Part shown: one piece after another, positions 28,103 to 37,895 of the stretch
Layout of the letters: each line of letters begins with the position of its first letter
Numbering within the stretch: position 1 is the stretch's first letter
From: Trueperaceae bacterium
Lineage (GTDB): Bacteria; Deinococcota; Deinococci; Deinococcales; Trueperaceae
Reading direction: 5' to 3'
DNA: 64,000 nt
NCBI GenBank assembly: GCA_965215565.1
Contig: CBDCDZ010000004.1
Span: 1,184,001-1,248,000 of the forward strand
Notes under the pieces: model-generated
Database searches by the model: none
What the model was told of the DNA's origin: nothing
The model's input: only the letters and a program-made list of their open reading frames with translations
Made by a program: the position numbers and the translations under genes

Positions 28103-30133
28103 CTACAATACGCTCTGCAACGCTTCTAAAGTCTCCGTTAAGCTCTGCGACTCGAGGGGCGAAAGTTTGCCCTCACCGAAGACGCGCAGACACGCTTGGG
28201 CGACGCGCGGGTCAAAATGGCGTCCGCTTCCGCGTGCAATCTCCGCGAGCGTCGCCTCGACGGACCAGGCCTCTTTATAGGGTCTTTCGTGCGTCAGCGC
28301 GTCCAACACGTCAGCGACGGCGACGATGCGCGCCGCTTCGGGGATGGCGTCACCGGCGAGCCCGTAGGGGTAGCCTTGCCCGTCGTAGTGTTCATGATGG
28401 GAGAGCGCGATCTCTTCGGCGACTTGCAAGAGGCGCGAGCGCCCGTCCGACAAAATACGCGCGCCGATCACCGTGTGGTGGCGGATGAGTTCGAACTCGC
28501 CCTGCGTGAGCTTGTCGGGCTTGAGCAAGACCGCGTCACTGATGCCGATCTTGCCGACGTCGTGAAGTCTTGCGGCGGTGTAGAGGAGTTTGACCTCGTC
28601 GTCGGGGTAGCCGAGCGCGTAGGCGATGGCGGCGGCGTTTCTACCGACGCGCCGCGTGTGCTCACCCGTGATGTCGTCACGGTATTCGGCGGCCAGCGCT
28701 AGGCGCGTGACTACCTCGAGCTGCGACTCCTCGAGTTCCAGGGTACGTTCCGCGACGGCGGCTTCGGCTTCGCGCCGCGCTCTCTGCGCGACTTGGGTGC
28801 GCAAACGGTACGTTTCGGCTTCGTGGCGAGCGCGTTCGACCTCGAACTGCACAGTGAGCTGGCGCGTCTTCTCCTCGCTCTCGCGGTTGAAAAGCGCTCT
28901 TTCTAGGCGGTGGAATTCGCGCTGATGAGAGAGAGCGTTCGCCAAATCGCCGTTCGCCTCGTAAGCCCTAGCGAGAAGTTCGTGCGCCTCGTAAACGGAT
29001 TTCAGGCGCTCTAAGTTCTCAGCGAGCGAGAGCCCTTCGGCTAAAGCGCGCGCGGCGCGTTCGGGAAGATTCAGCTCGAGGTAGTCCCGCCCCAAGTTGA
29101 GTAGGGCGTCCATCTCGCCTCCTCTATCGCCGACATCCTTGGCGATAGAGAGCGCTGACCTATGCGTTTTAAGCGCGTTCTCGAAATGTCCTAGTGCAAC
29201 TTGTACCTGTCCCAGACCGTCTAAGTTGTCGATTTCGTAAGCCCGGTTGTTGACGCAACGAGAAAGCTCCAGCGCCTCCTCGAAGAGCGTTTGCGCGTCG
29301 CGCCACTGCTTTCTGTCGTAATGGAGGTTGGCTAAGTTGTTGAGCGCCGCCGCCTCCATGATGGCATCCCCCGCCGCGCGGCTGATCTTCCGCGCACGCT
29401 GCAGAAAGGTGAGCGCCTGCTCGTCTTGTCCCATGACCTGATAGAGGTTGCCTAGGTTGATGAGGTTGGCAATCGCACTTCGCGAATTTGGCGCGACGCT
29501 TTGGAGCAAGTCGTACGCTCCCTTCAAAGACACCAGAGCGCTCGGATAGTTGCCGAGGAAGCATTCTATCTGTCCGCTATAGTCGAGGATATTCGCTTGA
29601 CGTTCACGTAAACCGTGGCGTTGGGCGATGGGGAGCGCATCTTTGAGATACTCGAGCGCGCGCCCATACTCTCCCTGCTCAGCCACTACACCCGCTAAGA
29701 GGTTAAGGGCTTCGGCTTCTAAAGGGTTGCCCACTTTCCGACTCAGTACTAAAGCTTTAGCTAACCAGTCGGAGGCGTCGCCGAACTGAGCGAGGTCACG
29801 GTAGACGCGCCCTAGCATAAGAGCGCACTCGAGCGCACTTGGGGAGCTTTGCGCGGCTTGCGCGTTCTCAGCCCTCAGCAGCGCATAAGCTTCAAGGAGT
29901 GAACGCAGCGCTTCGGCTGAATACCCCTTTTGATAGTACGCTTTGCCGATGAGTAGCGAGGCTTCCGCTGCCACTATGAGGTTCGCCGATACACCGAGTA
30001 CGCCGTGAGCAAGCTCTAACGCCCGCGCTGGGTCCTGTTCAAGCACCGCCGCCGCGTCAGCGAGCGACGCTTCGACTTCAGCTCCGGGCGCAGATAGAGA
30101 GTTGGCAGCAGGGTTGTGACTTAGCGCGGACAT
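28103..30133 (-). CDS. TPR-repeat / HD-GYP cyclic-dinucleotide phosphodiesterase
   Basis: Multiple TPRs (ALNNLA.LHY.., LDGLG.V); [17 protein letters not shown] and VADVLDAL motifs; no signal peptide or TM. Confidence 0.92.
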   Translation of the reverse strand: MSALSHNPAANSLSAPGAEVEASLADAAAVLEQDPARALELAHGVLGVSANLIVAAEASLLIGKAYYQKGYSAEALRSLLEAYALLRAENAQAAQSSPSALECALMLGRVYRDLAQFGDASDWLAKALVLSRKVGNPLEAEALNLLAGVVAEQGEYGRALEYLKDALPIAQRHGLRERQANILDYSGQIECFLGNYPSALVSLKGAYDLLQSVAPNSRSAIANLINLGNLYQVMGQDEQALTFLQRARKISRAAGDAIMEAAALNNLANLHYDRKQWRDAQTLFEEALELSRCVNNRAYEIDNLDGLGQVQVALGHFENALKTHRSALSIAKDVGDRGGEMDALLNLGRDYLELNLPERAARALAEGLSLAENLERLKSVYEAHELLARAYEANGDLANALSHQREFHRLERALFNRESEEKTRQLTVQFEVERARHEAETYRLRTQVAQRARREAEAAVAERTLELEESQLEVVTRLALAAEYRDDITGEHTRRVGRNAAAIAYALGYPDDEVKLLYTAARLHDVGKIGISDAVLLKPDKLTQGEFELIRHHTVIGARILSDGRSRLLQVAEEIALSHHEHYDGQGYPYGLAGDAIPEAARIVAVADVLDALTHERPYKEAWSVEATLAEIARGSGRHFDPRVAQACLRVFGEGKLSPLESQSLTETLEALQSVL

Positions 30134-30164
30134 AGTTTCTCCTCCTTAACTAATAAGGTGTTTT

Positions 30165-31837
30165 TTACTCTTTGCTCATTGGGGCGAGCGGTCCGCCAAG
30201 GCTCTCGCCAGAGACCACTTCGAAGTTCTTCTCAACCGATCCAGGACCAACGGGTTTCTTGCAGTCAGTACGCAACTTGCCGCGCTTTTTATCGTCCTCA
30301 TAAAGGGTCGATCTCTTTGCCCATCGTGTCATCACCGTTCTTACCCGTAAAAGAGAAGGTCTTACCAGGGTCCACTTCCCCCTCGAAGAGAACCGCCTTG
30401 CCGTCCTTTTGCACCACGCGGATGTCCTCGTCATCCGAGCCCGTGTAGCGCAGCGTCAGGCGCGTTACGCCTCCTTCACAGGAAAGAACTGCTTTATCTT
30501 TCTTACCTTTGCCCTTCTTCTGCTTGACGACCTCTTCCAAAAAGACAGCGAGGTCTAGACGCCCCTCGCCTAACTGACCGACGTAGTCTGCGTTGCCTTC
30601 CTCTGCGTAGAGGTTAAAGCTTTGCGCCTTGAGCGCTTCGGCGAGTTCTTTGCGCTTGACATTGAGTTTTTCACCGAGCGCGAGCGCCAGCGCACCAGAC
30701 GCCATCGGCGCAGCCATCGAGGTGCCGCTCCAAGCCGCTAGGCGCTCCCCCGGAGCCGGGCTGTAGACATTCTCACCGGGCGCGGAAAGTTCGACCTCAG
30801 CGCGGTACGTCGCGAAGTCGGACTTGACGTCCGCGCTGTCCACGCTCGTTACGCTGAGCCGCCCCGGAGCCGTTTTTGCCCGCGTCGCCGAGCGCGCCGG
30901 ATAGGACACGGCCGTGTCGCCCGTGTTGCCCGTAGAGGCGACGACGAGCACGCCTTTTTTCACCGCCGTATCAATGACCTCTTCGATCGCCTTGACCTCT
31001 TCGTTGCTCCCCAAACTCAAGTTGATCACGTCCGCTTTCATCTTCACCGCCCAGTGAATCGCCGAGGCGACGTCGGTCAGGTTGCCGCCGCCACCAGGTC
31101 CAAGCACGCGGATAGGGAGAATCGTGGCGCGCGGCGCGACTTGGCGGACGATGCCCGCAACGTTAGTGCCGTGTCCGTAGCCTCCCTCGCCCAAAACGCC
31201 CTCTTCTTGGGGTGTGGCGTCGCCATCATAGAAGTCCCACCACTCTTTCTCCGGGGCTAGCGCCTCTACGAGAGCGGGGTGCTCCAGATCAATCCCCGTG
31301 TCAATAACGGCAACTTTGACACCCTGGCCCAAGTTGCTCGCTACTGCGTGCCCTTCTTCTAAGCGGACTTGTCGCCACAAAGAGGTGTTCTCGGGCATCC
31401 AGGCGTACTCACCACCCGCCCATACATTAGAGCGACCTCCCGCCCACACGTTCGAACGTCCGCCAGCCCATACGTTAGAGCGACCTCCTGCCCACACGTT
31501 GGAGCGCCCTTCCATCTGCGCCCGCTCACCGCCGAGTAAAAAAATGTCGTCGTTGGCCTCGAGTAATCCCTCTACTTTTTCGTTCACCTCCTATAACCGC
31601 AAACGTCCCCGGCTCCCATACGAGCACCTTGCCGTTATATTCCGCTTCAACACTGGCGAGCGTATCCTCAGCGCTGAGGGCGACGGTAAGCGCGTACTCG
31701 GGATCGGGGACATCAGCGCCGAGTGGACGGGCGTCCTCACTTGGAGAGAGACTGCACCCGCCGAGCGAGAGCGCAAGCGTAGTCGCTAAGAGCACGCGCC
31801 TTGTATAGGAAGTTGACAAGATGAGATGGTTGAACAT
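30165..31837 (-). CDS. Subtilisin-like S8 lipoprotein protease with (GRSNVWAG)4 pro-region; two apparent single-base frameshifts (about 31588 and about 30305)
   Basis: Lipobox LGGC in ORF 31526-31837; triad IDTG / HGT / GTSMA in ORF 30298-31587; C-terminal domain continues in ORF 30165-30434. Confidence 0.8.
31414..31509 (-). repeat. Four coding tandem copies of GRSNVWAG (24-nt unit, synonymously diverged)
   Basis: Unit 1 GGG CGC TCC AAC GTG TGG GCA GGA; unit 2 GGT CGC TCT AAC GTA TGG GCT GGC; unit 3 GGA CGT TCG AAC GTG TGG GCG GGA; unit 4 GGT CGC TCT AAT GTA TGG GCG GGT. Confidence 0.95.
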
Positions 31838-31956
31838 AGAGCGCTCCTAGAGGCAGAGGCTTGGTTTCAAGCTATCCCCCTACCCGATACTTCTGCCCTA
31901 TTACCCTAGAGCACACCCTCTTACAAAAAACTCACACATCAGCCGTGTGGTTCAAA

Positions 31957-32066
31957 AAAGGTTGCCGTGCGCTAAGTTTGTGAACTTTTTTATTTTTGCG
32001 AGAGTGAAAAAAGCAACCTTTTGCCCCTTTTTTGGCAACCCTTTGGCAACCTTTGCTCTTTAAGAT
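31957..32066. promoter_or_regulatory. Repeated (G)GCAACC(T/C)TT boxes and putative -10 (TAAGAT) in the divergent promoter region
   Basis: Copies at 31957-31966 (reverse), 32013, 32034 and 32045; TAAGAT at 32061. Confidence 0.45.
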
Positions 32067-32111
32067 AAGAACAAGCCAGGGAAGAAATCCCGGCACGAAA
32101 AGGAGAGAATT

Positions 32112-32240
32112 ATGAAAAAGAAGATGCTCGTTGCCCTCACCGTCAGCCTTTTAAGCCTCGGATTCAGCACCAGCGTCGCGGGAAAGTACCAGGGCTCGTC
32201 ACCCACGACCGACGGTAGAAGCAACGTCTGGGCTGGCTAA
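32112..32240 (+). CDS. Small secreted peptide precursor (42 aa) ending in GRSNVWAG, absent from the ORF track
   Basis: AGGAG RBS; MKKKMLVALTVSLLSLGFSTSVA|GKYQGSSPTTDGRSNVWAG*; followed by a terminator. Confidence 0.9.
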   Translation: MKKKMLVALTVSLLSLGFSTSVAGKYQGSSPTTDGRSNVWAG

Positions 32241-32267
32241 CCCATACAGCATATTTATACGGTAAAC

Positions 32268-32295
32268 AAAGAGCGACCTTAGTAGGTCGCTCTTT
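32268..32295. terminator. Intrinsic (bidirectional) terminator
   Basis: aaagagcgacct-tagt-aggtcgctcttt perfect hairpin. Confidence 0.8.
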
Positions 32296-32383
32296 ATTAG
32301 TGGCTCGAGCCTATCGCCGAGCCAGGCCGCTCCGCCTCAACCTCTTCTGGTAGAGACAAAGCGATCAAACACCTCACCGTGGG

Positions 32384-33007
32384 TCACCGCGCCCTCAAGA
32401 CCTCTTCGGTGGGCGTGTCGCCCTCTAAAATCTCAAAGGTTTGACCAATGGTGTTAGGTAGCTCGAGCGCCGCCACGAGCACTCTAGCGACGTCTTCTCT
32501 CGTGATGGAGCCCCACTCGTCAAACTGCTCCGCCGCTTTAATCTTCCCCGTCGCCGCGTCGTCGGTGAGTTGTCCTGGGCGGATGATGGTGTAGTCCAAA
32601 TCGCCCTTCTGCAGCCGTTCGTCCGCCTCCCCTTTCGCCTCGAGGTAAGGACGTAGCGCCTCGGGTCCGCGCTCTGGGTCGCCCGCGCCCATTGAACTGA
32701 GCATCACGAAACGCTTCACACCCTGACGCTCAGCCTCTTCCATGAGCTTGATCGCGCCGTCACGGTCTACGCCTTCAACATCATCACCCGAGGAACCCGC
32801 CGCAAAGACGATAGCGTCGCAACCTCTTACGGCGTGCGCCACGTCCTCCGTCAAGTCAGCGACGACGACCTCGGTGCTCGAAGGCTCGAGTTCCGGCACT
32901 TGCGCCTCTTCACGCACCATCGCGCGAACTTCATGTTCGCTTTTATTCAGTAACGCCATGATGTGTTGCCCCACTTTTCCATGAGCCCCTGCGACGAGTA
33001 CGCGCAT
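32384..33007 (-). CDS. NAD(P)H-binding atypical SDR oxidoreductase
   Basis: VAGAHGKVG, YLEAK and YTIIRPG motifs. Confidence 0.88.
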   Translation of the reverse strand: MRVLVAGAHGKVGQHIMALLNKSEHEVRAMVREEAQVPELEPSSTEVVVADLTEDVAHAVRGCDAIVFAAGSSGDDVEGVDRDGAIKLMEEAERQGVKRFVMLSSMGAGDPERGPEALRPYLEAKGEADERLQKGDLDYTIIRPGQLTDDAATGKIKAAEQFDEWGSITREDVARVLVAALELPNTIGQTFEILEGDTPTEEVLRAR

Positions 33008-33201
33008 GATTCACCTCCTGAGAATGCCTCACTATAAATGTCTAACCGATACCTGAAAGTGCCTCTAGATGATACAACCCTGCTAAGACCTCTTTGTAAA
33101 CATCAACGCGGTGTGGTCCCGCAAACGTCAAGCAGCACCCAAAATCTGTTCAGGACGTGCGCTATGCTCTAAGTGAAATATTCCACACCGTGAGGAGTCT
33201 T

Positions 33202-34434
33202 ATGAGATTTGTCCTTTGGTTAGGCGTCCTAGTCCTTTTAGGGAGCGTCCACGCGCAAACCATCACTGTCGCAACCCACTATCCGCCCGAAAGCATCGCG
33301 ATTCTGGAGCCCTGTTTCGCCACCTACGAGGAGCAAAACGGCGTTCAGATCGAGCATCAGCAGATCACATACGGCGACTATCTGCAAACGATTTTGACCT
33401 CTCGCCTGGGCGGACAGTCGCCCGACGTGTACCACGTCTACTCCATTTGGGGCGCACAGCTCGTCGAGAACAACATCTTGGCCGAGCCGCCCGAAAACAT
33501 CATCAATTTTGTCCAGAACAGCTATGTGAATAACACGGTCGACGCCGCCACGATTCAGGATCAACTGTGGGGCGTCCCTACCGAGGTCAGCAATTACATG
33601 CTGATTTACAACAAGAAGCTCCTGCAAGAAGCGGGCTTTGAGGAGCCGCCGACTACTTGGGCGGAGGTACAAGAGGTCGCGAAGGCTGCCACGAAGACGA
33701 ACGACCAGGGGCAGATTACCCAAGCGGGCTTTGCGGCAGGCGAGACCACCGCCGAAGTTGTCCACCCCTTCTTGACGCTTCTCTACTCCAAAGGTTTAGA
33801 CCTCTTCACCGAGGACTTCTCCGCGACGAACCTGAACACGCCCGAGGCGTTGGAGGCGCTGCAACAGCAGGTCAGCCTCTTCGAAGAGAACGCCGCCACG
33901 CCAAGCCTGACCGTGGACGACTTCAACAGCGGTCTGGTGGCAATGGAGATTCAACCGGTGTGGTTGGAGTCGCAACTCCAAGCCGCCTTCGGCGATCAGT
34001 TCGAGGAGACCGTGGGCGTCGCGCACATCCCGCAAGGGGAGAACTGGCAGAGCCTCCAGTACGCCTTTTTTTACGCGGTGGATAACAACAGCGACGTGCA
34101 GGACGAGGCGTGGGCGTTCTTGGAGTGGCTCAACACCTCGCAAGCAGAGGGTGAGCCCTCTTGCATGGGGCAGATGCTCGTGGACTTGGGCGCACTGACC
34201 GCGAACCAGACGGACATTCAGAACGCGCAAGAGGAACTCGGCGACTTCTTCACCGCGCCCTTCGTCGAAGCACTGGACCGCTCCATCACCGAGCCCAATG
34301 TGGTGCAGGCGAGCGAGATCGAGCGGATTTTGCAGACCTACATCGAGCGGGCGTGGCGCGGCGAGTTAGCGCCGGAAGAAGCGCTCTCGAGGGCGGACAG
34401 CGAAATCAGCAACATCCTAGCGGAATACTACTAA
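33202..34434 (+). CDS. CUT1 (sugar-type) ABC substrate-binding protein
   Basis: Signal peptide; LIYNKKLL..AG...PPTTW motif; GAGGAG RBS. Confidence 0.9.
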   Translation: MRFVLWLGVLVLLGSVHAQTITVATHYPPESIAILEPCFATYEEQNGVQIEHQQITYGDYLQTILTSRLGGQSPDVYHVYSIWGAQLVENNILAEPPENIINFVQNSYVNNTVDAATIQDQLWGVPTEVSNYMLIYNKKLLQEAGFEEPPTTWAEVQEVAKAATKTNDQGQITQAGFAAGETTAEVVHPFLTLLYSKGLDLFTEDFSATNLNTPEALEALQQQVSLFEENAATPSLTVDDFNSGLVAMEIQPVWLESQLQAAFGDQFEETVGVAHIPQGENWQSLQYAFFYAVDNNSDVQDEAWAFLEWLNTSQAEGEPSCMGQMLVDLGALTANQTDIQNAQEELGDFFTAPFVEALDRSITEPNVVQASEIERILQTYIERAWRGELAPEEALSRADSEISNILAEYY

Positions 34435-34574
34435 CGCATTGAAACGCACGCCAAGAGGTCTCGAGCCCAAACTCGAGACCCTCAACTACACCCTCTTTTG
34501 CCATGTGAATTACCATGTGAACTCACCTCTTTAGAAGACTCGAGCGAGGTCACGCTTATGTCCATCCGTGTATT

Positions 34575-35522
34575 ATGACAACGAAGCCAGCCACCGACGC
34601 GGCAAAAGACGCTAATGTCACCGTAGCGTCTAAACGACGCCCGAAGCGCCGCATTCAACAAAAAGACTGGGCTCCCTATGTCTTTCTCGCGCCTACGTTT
34701 ATCTTTTTCGTTATCTTCTTTCTGCTCCCTATCGGCTTTTCGCTCTACCTCACCTTCACCCGCTGGAACCCGCTCTCCGCGCCGAACTGGATCGGCTTGG
34801 ACAACTTCACCTTCCTCTTTAGCGACGCGACGTTCCTCTTGTCGCTCCGGCATACGCTCGTCTTCGCGTTCGGTACGGTGCTCGTCGGCGTACCGCTGGC
34901 TCTCGTCATCGCCTTCGTTTTTACGCAGAGCCGTTACCGAGCGTTGTGGCGCTCGCTCTTTTTCCTGCCAATGATTACCAACGTCGCCGCCATCGGCTTT
35001 TTGTGGCAGTTCATCTTGGACGGTAACGGCGGGCTCATCAACCGCGTCTTGGGCTGGGTCGGCGTCAATGGACCGAACTGGCTCAGTGACCCGTCCGTGG
35101 CGATGTGGGCGGTCATCATCGTGGCGGTTTGGTACTACATGGGACAAAACATGATTCTCTTCTCGGCGGGGTTAGAGGGAATTGACGATGCGTTTTATAA
35201 CGCAGCCAAGGTAGACGGCGCAAACACCTTGCAGATGTTTTGGCACGTCACCGTGCCGCTGATTCGTCCGACGCTGCTCTTCGTCAGCATCACGAGCTTC
35301 ATCTCCGCGATGGGAGCCTCGTTCGCGCTCATCTTAGTGTTGACCGGAGGCGGTCCGGTGCAGAGCACGAACGTGACCGCGCTCTATATGTACCAGATGG
35401 CCTTTACGGACTTGCGCATGGGCCGTGCGGCGGCGGCAGCGTTTATACTCTTCGTTATTATTTTCCTGATCACGCTGGTGCAACTGCGGATTTTTAGGCG
35501 GGGCGGCATTGAATCTTACTAG
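34575..35522 (+). CDS. Carbohydrate ABC permease (MalF-like)
   Basis: EAA-loop variant YNAAKVDGA; multiple TMs. Confidence 0.92.
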   Translation: MTTKPATDAAKDANVTVASKRRPKRRIQQKDWAPYVFLAPTFIFFVIFFLLPIGFSLYLTFTRWNPLSAPNWIGLDNFTFLFSDATFLLSLRHTLVFAFGTVLVGVPLALVIAFVFTQSRYRALWRSLFFLPMITNVAAIGFLWQFILDGNGGLINRVLGWVGVNGPNWLSDPSVAMWAVIIVAVWYYMGQNMILFSAGLEGIDDAFYNAAKVDGANTLQMFWHVTVPLIRPTLLFVSITSFISAMGASFALILVLTGGGPVQSTNVTALYMYQMAFTDLRMGRAAAAAFILFVIIFLITLVQLRIFRRGGIESY

Positions 35523-35534
35523 AGAGGAATCGCG

Positions 35535-36410
35535 ATGACAAGCAACCGAGTAGGCAGCGTAATCAAATATGCACTTCTTGTGTTGGGCGGCGCGATCATG
35601 CTCCTGCCCTTTTTCGAGATGTTCGTGGGCGCACTGCGCACCCCCGCCGAACGGTTCGCGCAGCCGCCCGTCTTCTGGCCCTCCGACCCGCAGTGGAGCA
35701 TCTATAGAGAGGTCTTTCAAAGTTTGCCTATACAGAAGTGGTACGTCAACAGCGTCATTGTCACGGTCATCATCACCTCTTTGCAGCTCCTAACGAGCAC
35801 GATGGCGGGTTTTGCACTCGCCAAATACCAGTTCTGGGGGCGCAATTGGTTTTTCCGGGGCGTCTTGTCCGCGCAGATGTTTCCCTTTTTCCTCTTTCTC
35901 ATCCCGATGTTTTTCATCATGCGCTTCTTTCCACTAGCGGGTGGCAACGGTATTTTGGGTCAGGGGGGCACGGGGCTTTTAGGGACGTACGCGGCGCTCA
36001 TTCTGCCCTTTCTCATCACCTGGTACGGCATCTTTATGATGCGCCAATTCATGGTGAATATCCCGACGGAACTGCTCGAGGCCGCCCGCATCGACGGTTG
36101 CAGCGAGTTCCGCATCTTCGCGCAGATCGTCCTGCCGCTGGTCAAGCCTGCGCTGGCGACTTTGGGTATCTTCGTCTTCGTCTACCAGTGGAACGAGTTT
36201 ATCTGGACGCTGACCATCACCCGCTCCGCGCCCGAGCTTGAAACGCTGCCCGTCGGCATCTACCTCTTGCGCGGCGCGTTCGGCAACATCGAGGATGAAT
36301 CGCTGCAGCAAGCAGCGTTGGCGGTCAGCACCGTGCCGCTTGCCATCCTCTTTTTGATGTTGCAGCGCTACTACGTCAAAGGGCTCACGATGTCGGGGAT
36401 CAAGGGGTGA
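35535..36410 (+). CDS. Carbohydrate ABC permease (MalG-like)
   Basis: LEAARIDGC motif; QRYYVKGL.MSGIKG terminus. Confidence 0.92.
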   Translation: MTSNRVGSVIKYALLVLGGAIMLLPFFEMFVGALRTPAERFAQPPVFWPSDPQWSIYREVFQSLPIQKWYVNSVIVTVIITSLQLLTSTMAGFALAKYQFWGRNWFFRGVLSAQMFPFFLFLIPMFFIMRFFPLAGGNGILGQGGTGLLGTYAALILPFLITWYGIFMMRQFMVNIPTELLEAARIDGCSEFRIFAQIVLPLVKPALATLGIFVFVYQWNEFIWTLTITRSAPELETLPVGIYLLRGAFGNIEDESLQQAALAVSTVPLAILFLMLQRYYVKGLTMSGIKG

Positions 36411-37891
36411 CGCTCCGAGTATCACCCAAACTCAGGGAGGTCGCGGCGCACTACAAAGCGGCACTACCCGAGGGGACGTTCTTCCACTTTCCTATTACCG
36501 CGTTCGACGACCTTTTGACCTCCACGGGAGTGCGCGCCTGGACAAGCCTCTTCTTACCCGGTCCGCTGGGCGGCGGTGACGGCTACGGTCTTGGTGACGA
36601 GGAAGCCGAGGTCGGCTCGCTCGGCGAACTGCACGAACGCTTGCAGAGTTTGTGGGTGGTGCCGAAGCTCAAGACCGAACGAGGCTCTTACCACGATTTG
36701 GTCACGACTTATGGTGCGGACGCGGTGGTTGACCCTGTCACGCTCGCTCTGGACGCAGGTTGCGGCTACCACGCGGATATGACCCGTTTTTGGGTCTCTA
36801 TGCAGCGTTACCCGGAAGGTCGCAAATGGGTGCTTTTGGAGGCTGCCGCCTCGAGTCCCGCCGAACTCCCCGAAGGCTACGAACCTCTTTTTCTGCCAGT
36901 TTCCAACGGTCTCGGCGCAGGCCTTAGCGTCACAAGAGGTCTCTGCCACGGCGCTTTAGAGATTTTGCAGCGCGACGGCAACAGCGTGAACTACAGGGCG
37001 CTCGACCAAGGGCGTGTGCTCGACTTCTCGGGCGGTGTGCCCGACACCGCCCGAGAGGTTCTGGGACGTTTGCAGAACGCAGGGCTCACGGTCAACGTCA
37101 AACTCGTCGCGACCGACTTTGGTCTTGTCAACCTCTATGTGAACGGTTATGGACTAAACGACACACCGCAGATCAAACTTGCAGCGGGCGGCGAAGCGTG
37201 CGACTTGGACCGCGCGGCGGCACTCCGTAAAGCGCTTCTGGAGTTTGCCTTTTCAAGAGCACGTCTAGCCTTTAGCCACGGACCTCTTGCAAACGTTGCA
37301 GAGGGTTCACCCGAAGGCTATTTAGAGGCCCACTTTGCCCACGCCCAAAACGTTACCGAGGAGCAAAGAACCCTCGAGACTATGAAACGCTGGCTCGCCC
37401 TATCCCCTGCCGAGTTGAAAGCAGAACTCGAGCCCATCTACGGAGAACGAGAGCGTACCCCTTTTGCCACACTACCCGAACGTCCCGACTTGGCAAACGC
37501 AACCCCTGAAACGCGGCTGCAAGAGGTCGCTGAGCGCTTAAAAGGTTTCGATATTCTGTATCTCGAGCTAGCCACCCCCCGAGCGCAAGAACACGGCGTC
37601 AGAGCGGTCAAAGTGGTGATCCCCGGTTTAGAAGTCGAAACCGCCTCTTACGGGCGCATCGGCGAGCGCAACGTGCGCCGACTCTTGGAGCGAGAGAGCC
37701 CGCTCGTCGGACTAGGCGCACCGCCTCCAGGCGCGAAACGCATTCATTTAACCGAAGCAGCCGAGGCTCGTTTGGGCGATAAGGCTTGGTTTGATGCCAA
37801 AAAACTGAAAGAGGTCGTGGGCAACCTCTACCCTCTCTACCGAGAACCCGCACGACACGCAGTACGCTACGCACTCGGTGAAAAGCCGTAA
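36407..37891 (+). CDS. YcaO-family protein
   Basis: GELHER, SNGLGAG..., LEILQRDG, ALLE and VKVVIPGLE motifs; GTGA overlap with the permease. Confidence 0.8.
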   Translation: MTLRVSPKLREVAAHYKAALPEGTFFHFPITAFDDLLTSTGVRAWTSLFLPGPLGGGDGYGLGDEEAEVGSLGELHERLQSLWVVPKLKTERGSYHDLVTTYGADAVVDPVTLALDAGCGYHADMTRFWVSMQRYPEGRKWVLLEAAASSPAELPEGYEPLFLPVSNGLGAGLSVTRGLCHGALEILQRDGNSVNYRALDQGRVLDFSGGVPDTAREVLGRLQNAGLTVNVKLVATDFGLVNLYVNGYGLNDTPQIKLAAGGEACDLDRAAALRKALLEFAFSRARLAFSHGPLANVAEGSPEGYLEAHFAHAQNVTEEQRTLETMKRWLALSPAELKAELEPIYGERERTPFATLPERPDLANATPETRLQEVAERLKGFDILYLELATPRAQEHGVRAVKVVIPGLEVETASYGRIGERNVRRLLERESPLVGLGAPPPGAKRIHLTEAAEARLGDKAWFDAKKLKEVVGNLYPLYREPARHAVRYALGEKP

Positions 37892-37895
37892 AGGA

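Noticed and set aside
31414..31509. 24-nt periodic repeat as a CRISPR array
   Set aside because: No spacers; variation only at synonymous positions; lies in-frame in a protease; no cas genes
31575..31595. GTG at 31587 as an independent protease start
   Set aside because: GGAGG overlaps the GTG with no spacing, and the export signal lies in the upstream frame
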